In this document: in pieces, positions 1-11,989 of the stretch
Position numbering within the stretch: the first letter of the stretch is position 1
Layout: every line of letters begins with the position of its first letter
NCBI GenBank assembly: GCA_030704615.1
Contig: CM060734.1
Location: forward strand, 248,001-312,000
Source of the DNA: Takakia lepidozioides
Taxonomy: Eukaryota; Plantae; Bryophyta
Direction: 5' to 3'
DNA: 64,000 bases
Position numbers and translations under genes: made by a program
The notes under the pieces: generated by a model
Told to the model about the DNA's origin: nothing
What the model saw: the letters and a program-made list of their open reading frames with translations, nothing else
Databases searched by the model: none

Positions 1-580
1 CGGCGCCGAATTTCCATCCGAGGCCGTTCGGATGAAGTCGTCTCGTGGGGAGAGGACGACACCTGCCCGACAGAGAACATCCCCCGGATGGAAAAACGGC
101 GCCGAATTTCCATCCGAGGCCGTTCGGATGAAGTCGTCTCGGGGGGAGAGGCCGACACCTGGCCAACAGAAAACATCCCCCGGATGAAAAAAACGGCGCC
201 GAATTTCCATCCGAGGCCGTTCGGATGAAGTCGTCTCGGGGGGAGAGGCGGACACCTGGCCGATAGAGAATATCCCCCGGATGGAAAAACGGCGCCGAAT
301 TTCCATTCGAGGCCCGTCGGATGAAGTCGTCTCGTGGGGAGAGGCCGACACCTGGCCGACAGAGAACATCCCCCGGATGGAATAACGGCGCCGAATTTCA
401 GGACGAGGCCCGTCGGATGAAGTTGTCTCGGGGGGAGAGGCCGACATCTAGCCGACAGAGAACATCCCTCGAATGGAAAAACGACACCGTATTTCCATCC
501 AAGGCCGCACGGATGGAGTCGTCTCGGGGGGAGTGGCTGAAAGAGATCATCTGCAGGATGGAAAAACAGTGCCGAATATC
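1..580 (+). repeat. 96-bp tandem repeat (~6 units, continues upstream of window)
   Basis: Unit start CGGCGCCGAATTTCC (or variant) recurs at 1, 97, 194, 290, 386, 482. Confidence 0.95.
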
Positions 581-900
581 CATCAACCAACGCCCGTATC
601 GACCCTTCATCAACAATTTTGATTCATTTTTCGCGTTTTTTTGTCTAATCAGTCACTCAACTTAGAGTTTTTCGCCTGCGGTCCACTTTTTGGCACGTTA
701 TGCCCACCAATGTCGTCCGGTAGAGACAAATTCGGTGTCGGATTTCCATCCATGAGGTGGACCGATTTACTTGCAGGATGGAAATTCGGTGCCGATTTTC
801 CATCCTGCAGCCCTCCGGTTTACCTGCAGGATGGAAATTCGGCGCCGGTTTTCCATCCTGCAGCGCTCCGGTTTACCTGCAGGATGGAAATTCGGTGCCG

Positions 901-1250
901 GAATATGTGCCATCCGCCCCAGGGACTTAGCCATTTTTGGACCCTGTACTGGAAAAATGGCACCATTTTTCCAGTACAGGGTCCAAAAATGGCTAAGTCC
1001 CAGAAATAACTGGGCCCGGAACTGGGAAAATGGCGCCGAATTTCCAGAATATGTGCCATCCGCCCCAGGGACTTAGCCATTTTCGGACCCTGTACTGGAA
1101 AAATGGCGTCATTTTTCCAGTACAGGGTCCGAAAATGGCCAAGTCCCAGAACTGACTGGGCCCGGAACTGGAAAAATGGCGCCGAATTTCCAAACTGTGC
1201 CAGCCACCCCCGGGGCTTAGCCATCCGCCCCATGGCCGGAAACAGGAAAT
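901..1250 (+). repeat. 146-bp tandem repeat (~2.3 units), each with a ~39-bp stem hairpin
   Basis: GAATATGTGCC at 901 and 1047. GGGACTTAGCCATTTTTGGACCCTGTACTGGAAAAA pairs with TTTTTCCAGTACAGGGTCCAAAAATGGCTAAGTCCC. Confidence 0.9.
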
Positions 1251-1861
1251 TCGGCGTCATTTTTCTAGGGGCTTCACAACTAATTTTCATGCGCTACATA
1301 CGGCAACTTACATCCTGGAAATGTAGGGACTACAATGGCCACGGATCAAAGAAAGGCAACGCGTATGTACCTGTACAGAATGCTCGTTGCCGCTTTGTCG
1401 CCGTTCGGCTGGTCGGCATTGCCGCATTGCCGCCCGTAGTACAAAGGCTTCAGTTTGCGACGCGGTCTCGATGTGGGGTTCTCTCAAGAGAGCCACGCCC
1501 TTCTCCACGCGGCATACGTCCAAGTAAAAGAAAAAATCTCCCGCAGAATGCGTGCGTACATGCCTCGAATGGAACTTCAACCACCCGTCACATCAGGTGT
1601 TGAAGGCGTATCCGGGAAGCAAGCGCGGTATCCGTGTGGAACGTCCGGTTCAAAACAGACGGCAGAGGACATTTAATGCGGAACTGCGCCCTTAAATGTA
1701 GGTATGGAGGTCGCCCACAGGCGCCACCTGGCCCACCCTCCCCCCGAGACTTCATCAACAGCCCGCTGGATGGAAAAAAATGACGCCGAATTTCCATTCA
1801 GCGGATGAATGTGGCACCGTGGCCCTCCCTCCGCCCGAGACGTTCTCATCCAGAAGCAGCC

Positions 1862-2160
1862 GGATGGAAAACTGGCGCCGAATTTCCATCCTGCAGGTAA
1901 ACCGGAGCGCTGCAGGATGGAAAACCGGCACCGAATTTCCATCCTGCAGGTAAACCGGAGCGCTGCAGGATGGAAAACCGGCACCGAATTTCCATCCTGC
2001 AGGTAAACCGGAGCGCTGCAGGATGGAAAACCGGCGCCGAATTTCCATCCTGCAGGCAAGCGGGAGCGCGGCCGGATGGAAAACCGGTGCCGAATTTCCA
2101 TCCTACAGGTAAACCGCAGGGCTACAGGATGGAAAACCGGCGCCGAATTTCCATCCTGCA
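1862..2160 (+). repeat. 53-bp hairpin tandem repeat (~6 units; inverted copies at 770-900)
   Basis: GGATGGAAAA at 1862, 1915, 1968, 2021 and onward. Each unit contains TGCAGGATGGAAA...TTTCCATCCTGCA. Confidence 0.93.
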
Positions 2161-2349
2161 AGTAAATCGGTCCACCTCATGGATGGAAATCCGGCACCGA
2201 ATTTGTCTCTACCGGACGACATTGGTAGGCATAACGTGCCAAAAAGTGGACCGCAGGCGAAAAACTCTAAGTTGAGTGACTGATTAGACAAAAAAACGCG
2301 AAAAACGAATCAAAATTGTTGATGAAGGGTCGATACGGGCGTCTGTTGA

Positions 2350-3193
2350 TGGATATTCGGCGCCATTTTTCCATCCTGCAGCTGATCTCTTTTGGCCACT
2401 CCCCCCTGAGACGACTCCATCCGTGCGGCCTTGGATGGAAATACGGCGCCGTTTTTCCATTCGAGGGATGTTCTCTGTCGGCTAGATGTCGGCCTCTCCC
2501 CCCGAGACGACTTCATCTGACGGGCCTCGTCCTGAAATTCGGCGCCGTTTTTCCATCCGAGGGATGTTATCTGTCGGCCAGGTGTCAGCCTCTCCCCCCG
2601 AGACGACTTCATCCGACGGGCCTCGAATGGAAATTCGGCGCCGTTTTTCCATCCGGGGGATGTTCTCTCTCGGCCAGGTGTCCGCCTCTCCCCCCGAGAC
2701 GACTTCATCCGAACGGCCTCGGATGGAAATTCGGCGCCGTTTTTCCATCCGGGGGATGTTCTCTGTCGGCCAGGTGTCGGCCTCTCCCCCCGAGACGACT
2801 TCATCCGAACGGCCTCGGATGGAAATTCGGCGCCGTTTTTCCATCCGGGGGATGTTCTCTGCCGGGCAAGTGTCGTCCTCTCCCCATGAGACGACTTCAT
2901 CCGAATGGCCTCGGATGGAAATTCGGCGCCGTTTTTCCATCCGAGGGATATTCTCTGTCGGCCAGGTGTCGGCCTCTCCCCCCAAGACGACTTCATCCGA
3001 TGGGCCTCGTATGGAAATTCGGCGCCGTTTTTCCATGCGATGGATGTTCTCTGTCGGCTAGGTATCGGCCTCTCCCCCCGAGACCACTTCATCCGAACAG
3101 CCTCGGATGGAAATTTGGCGTCGTTTTTCCATCCGAGGGATGTTCTCTGTCGGCCAGGTGTCGGCCTGTCCCCCTGAGACGACTTCATCCGAC
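2350..3193 (-). repeat. 96-bp tandem repeat (~9 units), inverted relative to 1-580
   Basis: 32-aa periodicity in the ORF track. Units are reverse complements of those at 1-580. Confidence 0.95.
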
Positions 3194-4760
3194 ACGTTGG
3201 TTCCCATTGTCACAAATTGACGAGGGGTAACTCGTGGGAGGCTGCCCATGAGGCAGAGCAGCTCGTTCAGGAGGAGGTTAAGTTGAGACCTGGTGCCAAA
3301 CCCAAACAGATACAGCTGCAGGCCGCCCATAAGATGGCATTGGCCAGAATTATGTCAGAAGACGGCTCCGACAGAGTTCCTCTCGATGAGAAGGAAATGG
3401 AGGCATTGCTGGAGTCGGTGTTCCACGTCTGTTCACCGAATGTCCGAAACCACATTGTCTCCTGCAAACAGGGAATTGGGCGTGGTTCGGATATGCACTC
3501 CATTCTGGAGGTGAAGCGACGATGTGGATATGACTACATTCATGGAAGTAGATTTCCAGGACAAGGGACTGAGGCAGATCGTTGTTTCGTATTCAAAATG
3601 TCAACGTGTGGGCCTGGCAGCGGCGTCGAACTGGTCCACCGGATGACGAGTGGGGACTTATCAAACAGTTGGGTCATGTTTGACCATATCAAGCGAATTA
3701 CAAATCACCAGTGGGTGACAATGGGTGCACATGTCTACGACACCCACTGCAGGATGCTAATGACAATTGTTATTTGTGAGATGAAAGGAGAGGACACACA
3801 ATCGGAGATGCTTCTTTGGCAGGGAATAAACAAACAGATGGCCAGGGCAGGATTTCCCCCTCCCAATTTTAGTGGTTTCATGGCGGACAACGCACAAGCA
3901 AATTGGACTGTCATCCGAAGGGTGTACGGGGAAGACCCCAATGTTCCGATGAAAAGCAAGGAGAGATCTTGTGGGTTCCATTTTCTGCAGAGCTTGTCGC
4001 AGTACACAACCAGGCTCGTGGCGCCAGATTTCAGAGAGGAGCACCGTTCCATGTGTCTTGCGTGGAAGTGTGCTCCCACCTTGGATGATGCAGAGACACA
4101 GTTTGCATGTATACGGACTTGGTGGACAACGTCAGGTGCTGTAAAGAAATCAGACGAGGGAGCAATGGTCAGTTGGCTAGCATGGTGGCATTATCGTTTC
4201 CTCCAGTTCGGCGATTATATGCGGGAGGTGAGTTGGACAAATCTGCGTCCTGTTGAATATTATGCTAGCTACTCATTATTTGTAATTTGCTTGTAACCTG
4301 AACATGTGCATGTGCAGGAAATGTGTCTCGACTCCGACACCGACATGCCGACAACAAACATGGCCGAATCAGTACATTCTTCCTGGCGTGCCTCCTCTGC
4401 GGCGCATCTGGTGGACATCCTCACTGCCACAACGGAGGACATTGTCAGGTCAATTATGCAGCAATGCAGGTACAACGAGTTCTTGAAAGAGAAACAGTGG
4501 GGCTTGGGGCCGGACAGGCAGGAAATGCTGATGCAGACTGCCTCCAGATCGAAGAATCCTCGCAAGTGGGTGGCAGCCTTGCGAGAGGGCCTTCGGGGCA
4601 CGCCATTGCTTCGAAGTGGCCAACACTTGAAAGGAGATGTTCACACCCGTCCAGTGAGACGAAGACTTGACGAGGCACCTGGCGGAGAAGACGATCCATG
4701 GCGAGCTGACAAGAATATTCGCACGCTCCCTCGTGGTCCCGTGATGTTGCCCGAGGAGGT
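3194..4760 (+). pseudogene. Mutator-like (MULE) DDE transposase core, copy 1, truncated at both ends; intron 4228-4317
   Basis: Motifs VMFDH, FMADN, SCGFH (CxxH) and TTNMAESVHS. A GT..AG intron joins YMRE to EMCLDSD in frame. Colinear with copy 2 but lacks the N-terminus and SWIM domain. Confidence 0.8.
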
Positions 4761-4789
4761 CTCGTCGAGCACCGCAAGTCCGATGTCTG

Positions 4790-5276
4790 AGAAAATGGCG
4801 CCGAATCTCCAGTTACATGGCCCAAGAACTGCCCAACATCTGTGCAATCCCCGGCACCATGTACCGAAATTCGGCGCCACATTTCCAAATTTTGGGCTTA
4901 CACACCTACCATGTTGGGACCTATAGCCGCGAAATTTGGCACCATTTTTCGCCGGAGACACCTATTACCGCGAAATACGTCGCAACTTTCTCCGGTTGCG
5001 GAACCTATTACCGCGAAATTCGGCGCCATTTTTGCAGATGTCGCTCGGAATTCGCATGAGCGGAAGACGAAATATCATGAGCACGGCTCTCAAATCTACA
5101 ATTTTTACTTCAAACAATGAATATTATATTGGTTTTTTGTTTTTTTTCCTGACACATTCCATTAAAAATAATGTTTTTTAATGTTTTTTATTTCCAAAAT
5201 TTGTACTTCTGCTCATGAAAACCGATTGTCTTGCTACTCCGCTCATGCCGCTCATGCTCATGAAATAGCTAACCTC
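4790..5276 (+). mobile_element. Right subterminal region and terminus of MULE-like copy 1
   Basis: GCTCATG repeats ending GCTCATGAAATAGCTAACCTC, matching the copy 2 terminus. Abuts interrupted F1 ORF sequence at 5277. Confidence 0.8.
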
Positions 5277-5595
5277 TAAGGGGGGACGAGGATTCTGATA
5301 CTACTGTTTCTTCAGATGACTCTTTTGACATGGCAGAGGACTATGCACTTCAGATGGCAGAGAAGAAACGACGGGGATCTCCTATGCCTGAGAGGTTACC
5401 TTGTTATGAGCCAAAGGAGGGTCAGACATTTCCAGGTAGTACTCAATCATCTCCATCAGCCAGTGACAGGACTCGAGCTCGCCCACGGAGTCCTTCACGA
5501 GACTCTCACCGATAGAAGGGTGCTCGCTCACAAATGTTTGCTCATCCCAAACAGTAAACCGTGAGGACACGACTTTTTGAGAGGGGGAGGGGTAA
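5277..5595 (+). mobile_element. F1 Ty3/gypsy: 3' end of extra ORF plus PPT
   Basis: RGDEDSDTTVSS...QMAEKKRRGSPMPERL matches 52850-53128. GAGGGGGAGGGGTAA precedes the LTR. Confidence 0.88.
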
Positions 5596-6597
5596 TGTTA
5601 GAGGGCTGCTTGGGACTTAGACGCTTTTATGGGTTCTGTGGGGTACCTTTAATTTTTGCGCAGACTGAGACCAACAGGAGCCTTAGGGGTGGCAGGAGCA
5701 GGCTTTAGGGGGGTTAGACAGCTCGTCACAGTCTATCACAATCACACACAGCTTTACACAGCTCGACACAGCTTCGCACAGCCAGTCACAGCCCGACACA
5801 GCTTCACACAGCCAGTCACAACCCGACACAGCTTTACACAGCCCGTCACAGTCTATCACAGCCAGATACAGTCTGACACAGCCCGACACAGCTTTGCACA
5901 GCCAGTCACAGCCCGACACAGCTTTACACAGCCAGTCACAGCTCGGCACAACTTGACACAGCCTGTCACAGTACATGGGGAACAGTTATCATTGACAGGG
6001 AACAACTGTGTGGGAACGACATCTGCAGAGGGAACGTGTTACTTCAGGGGTGACGGTTAGTTAGTTAGGTGGTTAGAACAATTTGCGGGTAGATTAGACA
6101 GAGTGGCAACAAGAAGGGGATCACTTCTTGAGGAGGGAGACTTGTTCAGGAGAGGAGGAGACGTAACGGAGAGCGGAAACAGTGAAGAGGAGATGATGAC
6201 TTGATTAAGACTTAATTCATGCAAGCTGTAAAATTATAAAGTAGGGTAGATTAGGGACACCATGGCATAGGCATGATACATGATTAATCTTAATCCGATA
6301 CTGAATCGATACAAACATACTGTGTAGAGAGACATGAGAGAAGTTGTGGAATGAATGCATGATTAATTGGAACTTAGTAGATACTGAAGCAATCTGATGC
6401 TTCAGTATACACGGTAAGGTAAATTGATAACATGAAGGCAAGAAAGAATACAAATAGGAAGCACAACCATGATTCACTAGCTGCAAGTCATGACTGATTG
6501 TTCTGAACGGGCTAAGTGCTTAGAGATATCCAACTCTTCTATCTTGGAGTTTCCACCTCGGATAGCGAAGGGATGGGTGAGTAAAAGCCGCTCGACA
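5596..6597 (+). mobile_element. F1 3' LTR (1002 bp) with internal CACAG minisatellite
   Basis: TGTTAGAGG...GCTCGACA; homologous to 28147-29147 (-) and 53167-54131 (+). Confidence 0.92.
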
Positions 6598-6600
6598 GGG

Positions 6601-9600
6601 GGGTGGGAAAAATTAGAGACTCAATTACCACTGTTCATAGCAGGAAACCATTGTTCAGCATGCTAAAAAGTGCCATTCATGACATGCCATGTCATTCAAT
6701 TTGTATTTTTTGGTCAGCTTACATACCAAGGCATAACCAACCATCCTAATTTATTGTTGGCCCAAAACCTAGTATAGTTTTGGGTTCTTTGTATCATTGG
6801 ACATACCAAAGTGACTGAGCAGTAAGTATCCATGTCCAAATAAAGATCCATTGATCACTGTTCATGGCTGGAAATGTCTGTTTGTCTTAAAGAAGCCATT
6901 TATGATCATAGAAGGCTTAAGAACAAAATAAGAGCATTTCTTTACATAAAGAACATCACCAAAGTAGGGTTACGGACTGATATTTGGCAGCTTATACAAC
7001 AGGGTATAATCAGCTGCCCTATTTTGCACATCAAGTCAGTTATTGACACCATGTTTTTTGCCCCATGATCTGTTTTAGATCTGGGGCTGGTGTGTAATTT
7101 CAATGACAGGGTAGAGTAATATTCCCACCTCTTATTCCATGCCCCAAGACCAAGTTCTATGTCCGGGGTAGGGAAATCATTACCATAACAGGCTGTAATC
7201 AGATTTACATGCCATGCAATCATCCATAGGAAACACAAAGAATCTGAATTGCTCATCCCATCCGGCCTGCAGGTTACTTTGGTATTATTTATCCTAAAGC
7301 AACTTGAATACAATGCCTGAATCATTCTCTTCACATCTACCAATGTCTTACCATTTTGGAAAATAGGTAAACATTCAAGGGCATATAACCAAGGACCAGA
7401 TTTGGCCACAAAAGATCCGTCCATATCAGTTTGGCGTGGTATCAAGTGTCCTAAAGTAACCAGCTTCTAAAAGAGGCCAAGTTTCCAATGCTTGTACATT
7501 CAAGAACACTGTTTGGTCATGAAAACAGGTGTGCCCTACATTGTAGCATGTTACCATATCTCTTTAAAGCCATCAGCTTGTCATATCATTGCTCCATTGT
7601 CACATCAGTATGCCATAGGGAACAAGAGATAGTCGCCCTAATGATTGATTGTCCACCATACTAGGTTAAACATAGGAGCCATCAAGATCAAAGGAAAGAG
7701 GAAGAAAGGATTGTTCTCCCCCAAAGATACAGATGGCGTCGCTTCTTCAACTCGATTCCAATCAACTTCAAGCTTTCAAATCCATGTTAAGTGAGGACCC
7801 TCACCTGGTCCCATCACACGCAATCAGAAACAGTCAAGTTAGAGACGATGTGGAACCCTAGGTGAATCGCAGGTCTCACGCTTGTTATCGTTGCACAACA
7901 TGCAATACAAAGCAGGGGCAGAAAAGAAATAGAGCATATGCAAGCCAATACCTTGATGGCTCATGGAAAAGAGGCCTGTGCCATAGCTCTCGAGACCAGC
8001 AAACAAGAATGCACAACAAAATGTACAAAGCATGCACAAAGAAAGTGAATCGCCCAAACTTAAAGAGTTCAGACACTTCCCTGAGGCCTTAAGATCGCCG
8101 CTTGTATCTTAATGATCGATGAAGGTCACAGCAAGCAACCACAGCACATGTAGATTGCCCACCAAGCATTAGAGGAACATATATTGATAACCTTTTGTCA
8201 TGCTCAGACCAAGGTGTTAGTAAATCAAACATAAAACTGAAAACAGAAGGGAGATTGGTTGATAATGTGTACAAGAACCACCAAGTACACTGGTCTAAAT
8301 CAGAGAGGGAAGATACTTATGTCTCGTCGAGACATGGACAAAGACCTGACAAGGTCATTGTAAAATTAACGACGAATCAGCCTCATTATCAATCATTCTT
8401 CATTCACAAGTCAGCTTTATGACAAATCCCAGACTTCAAAGTCAATGAAGTCTCTGGGTGGGAAAAATTAGAGACTCAATTACCACTGTTCATAGCAGGA
8501 AACCGTTGTTCAACATGCTAAAAAGTGCCATTCATGACATGCCATGTCATTCGGTCTGTATTTTTTCGTCAGCTTACATACCAAGGCATAACCAACCATC
8601 CTAATTTATTGTTGGCCCAAGAACTAGTATAGTTTTGGGTTCTTTGTATCATTGGACATACCAAAGTGACTGAGCAGTAAGTATCCATGTCCAAATAAAG
8701 ATCCATTGATCACTGTTCATGGCTGGAAATGTCTGTTGGTCTTAAAGAAGCCATTTATGATCGTAGAAGGCGTAAGAACAAAATAAGAGCATTTCTTTAC
8801 ATAGAGAACATCACCAAAGCAGGGTTACGGACTGAATATTTGGCAGCTTATACAACGGGGTGTAATCAGCTGCCCTATTTCGCACATCAAGTCACTTATT
8901 GACACCATGTTTTTTGCCCCATGATCTGTTTTAGATCTGGGGCTGGTGTGTAATTTCAATGGTAGGGTAGAGTAATATTCCCACCTCTTATTCCATGCCC
9001 CAAGACCAAGTTCTATGTATGGGGTAGGGAAATCATTACCATAACAGGCTGTAATCAGATTTACATGCCATGCAATCATCCATAGGAAACACAAAGAATC
9101 TGAATTGCTCATCCCATCGGGCCTGCAGGTTACTTTGGTACTATTTATCCTAAAGCAACTTGAATACAATGCCTGAATCATTCTCTTCACATCTACCAAT
9201 GTCTTACCGTTTTGGAAAATAGGTAAACATTCGAGGGCATATAACCAAGGACCGGATTTGGCCACGAAAGATCCATCCATATCAGTTTGGCATGGTATCA
9301 AGTGTCCTAAAGTAACCAGCTTCTAAAAGAGGCTAAGTTTCCAATGCTTGTACATTCAAGAACACTGTCTGGTCATGAAAACAGGTCTGCCCTACATTGT
9401 AGCATGTTACCAGATCTCTTTAAAGCCATCAGCTTGTCATATCGTTGCTCCATTGTCACATCAGTATGCCATAGGGAACAAGAGATAGTCGCCCTAATGA
9501 TTGTCATAAAGTAACAATCGGGAAATCTTATATCAGACTTTTAGTGTTTACCCACCCCTTGTTTTGGGTGTACAAAACCAAAGGGGGCAGGTATTGGGAC

Positions 9601-11275
9601 TTAGGTGATGAAGTCTGGCAGGGGTTTACCGCCTGGTTATATTCAGACAAAACATCTACCAGCAGCACATCATAATTGGGTATTTTTTTTATGGTGCTAT
9701 AAAGAGCAAAGCCATAACCAGGAGAAACATGGAAACATTTGAGCCAAAGAAATGGAACTCATTCTTATCATGAGGTATCTAAATCTGACATAAGGCATCG
9801 GCTACAGGGGACCGGCAAACAAGAGTAATGTGCATTGACCGGATCATGTATAAGGTGTACACGTCTACTCCAGCAAGCTGTCTTACCAAGGCCTAGCTCA
9901 AAATTTCAGCATTCAGAAGCCCTATAGATGTTCTATGCTTATCTCAGGTACCTTCAAGGATGCCTTACTCTCCATGACCAATTAGCCAACATATTTTTGC
10001 TGGAGAAGATCTTACCTTATGAAGGACTTGCGTGCTCCACACCATGGTCATGGCGGGAGAGGAGGCTGATATCTCATGGCTTTGGCCTTCCCATTGCCTT
10101 GGGTTCATCACTTCGATCAGGAACATATATTGATAACCTTTTGTCATGCTCAGACCAAGGTGTTAGTAAATCAAACATAAAACTGAAAACAGAAGGGAGA
10201 TTGGTTGATAATGTGTACAAGAACCACCAAGTACACTGGTCTACATCAGAGAGGGAAGATACTTATGTCTCGTCGAGACATGGACAAAGACCTGACAAGG
10301 TCATTGTAAAATTAACGACGAATCAGCCTCATTATCAACCATTCTTCATTCACAAGTCAGCTTTATGACAAATCCCAGACTTCAAAGTCAATGAAGTCTC
10401 TGGGTGGGAAAAATTAGAGACTCAATTACCACTGTTCATAGCAGGAAACCGTTGTTCAGCATGCTAAAAAGTGCCGTTCATGACATGCCATGTCATTCGG
10501 TCTGTATTTTTTCGTCAGCTTACATACCAAGGCATAACCAACCATCCTAATTTATTGTTGGCCCAAGAACTAGTATAGTTTTGGGTTCTTTGTATCATTG
10601 GACATACCAAAGTGACTGAGCAGTAAGTATCCATGTCCAAATAAAGATCCATTGATCACTGTTCATGGCTGGAAATGTCTGTTGGTCTTAAAGAAGCCAT
10701 TTATGATCGTAGAAGGCGTAAGAACAAAATAAGAGCATTTCTTTACATAGAGAACATCACCAAAGCAGGGTTACGGACTGAATATTTGGCAGCTTATACA
10801 ACGGGGTGTAATCAGCTGCCCTATTTCGCACATCAAGTCACTTATTGACACCATGTTTTTTGCCCCATGATCTGTTTTAGATCTGGGGCTGGTGTGTAAT
10901 TTCAATGGTAGGGTAGAGTAATATTCCCACCTCTTATTCCATGCCCCAAGACCAAGTTCTATGTATGGGGTAGGGAAATCATTACCATAACAGGCTGTAA
11001 TCAGATTTACATGCCATGCAATCATCCATAGGAAACACAAAGAATCTGAATTGCTCATCCCATCGGGCCTGCAGGTTACTTTGGTACTATTTATCCTAAA
11101 GCAACTTGAATACAATGCCTGAATCATTCTCTTCACATCTACCAATGTCTTACCGTTTTGGAAAATAGGTAAACATTCGAGGGCATATAACCAAGGACCG
11201 GATTTGGCCACGAAAGATCCATCCATATCAGTTTGGCATGGTATCAAGTGTCCTAAAGTAACCAGCTTCTAAAAG
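6601..11275 (+). repeat. Tandem macro-repeat, units of 1855 and 1946 bp, third unit runs into the gap
   Basis: GGGTGGGAAAAATTAGAGACTC at 6601, 8456, 10402. The ~1-kb blocks are near-identical; the middle module differs between units 1 and 2. Confidence 0.93.
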
Positions 11276-11775
11276 NNNNNNNNNNNNNNNNNNNNNNNNN
11301 NNNNNNNNNNNNNNNNNNNNNNNNNNNNNNNNNNNNNNNNNNNNNNNNNNNNNNNNNNNNNNNNNNNNNNNNNNNNNNNNNNNNNNNNNNNNNNNNNNNN
11401 NNNNNNNNNNNNNNNNNNNNNNNNNNNNNNNNNNNNNNNNNNNNNNNNNNNNNNNNNNNNNNNNNNNNNNNNNNNNNNNNNNNNNNNNNNNNNNNNNNNN
11501 NNNNNNNNNNNNNNNNNNNNNNNNNNNNNNNNNNNNNNNNNNNNNNNNNNNNNNNNNNNNNNNNNNNNNNNNNNNNNNNNNNNNNNNNNNNNNNNNNNNN
11601 NNNNNNNNNNNNNNNNNNNNNNNNNNNNNNNNNNNNNNNNNNNNNNNNNNNNNNNNNNNNNNNNNNNNNNNNNNNNNNNNNNNNNNNNNNNNNNNNNNNN
11701 NNNNNNNNNNNNNNNNNNNNNNNNNNNNNNNNNNNNNNNNNNNNNNNNNNNNNNNNNNNNNNNNNNNNNNNNNNN
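11276..11775. other. Assembly gap (500 N)
   Basis: Run of N. Confidence 1.
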
Positions 11776-11989
11776 GTCAAGACCCTCCATAGCTCTGTGT
11801 GGACGTATTCGACATTTCCGACGAGGAAGATGATTGCATTGAGGTACCCATGTCCTCCCACACGGCGTTCAAATCCGGCATGGACTCTCTGTAGGTGCTA
11901 CGCATGTGCCCTCGAGCATAACTCCAAACCCGGTCCATTGTCAGCTCCTACGACAAAATCACCTCGATGGTTCTCGCTCCGAGATTGGC

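Larger units (their letters stand above)
1..2931. repeat. Large inverted duplication (arms ~1-900 and ~1975-2931)
   Basis: The unique segment 590-770 is the reverse complement of 2160-2340. A diagnostic unit variant at 41-70 is mirrored at 2861-2890. Confidence 0.92.

Noticed and set aside
1-3193. CRISPR-like array of palindromic repeats
   Set aside because: The spacers are themselves repeated, there are no cas genes, and the context is eukaryotic TEs.
2310-3230. ~300-aa ORFs on both strands
   Set aside because: By-products of the 96-bp repeat, whose length is a multiple of 3.
5256-5280. Sola3 or Kolobok assignment from the GAG...CTC terminus
   Set aside because: Flanks are TAAG and CCCG rather than TTAA, and the transposase motifs fit Mutator better.
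6942-11247. Recurrent 158-167-aa minus-strand ORF as a gene family
   Set aside because: Copies are near-identical repeat units with a non-ATG start and no recognisable domain.
11253-11861. ORFs spanning Ns (also 60096-60851)
   Set aside because: Gap artefacts.
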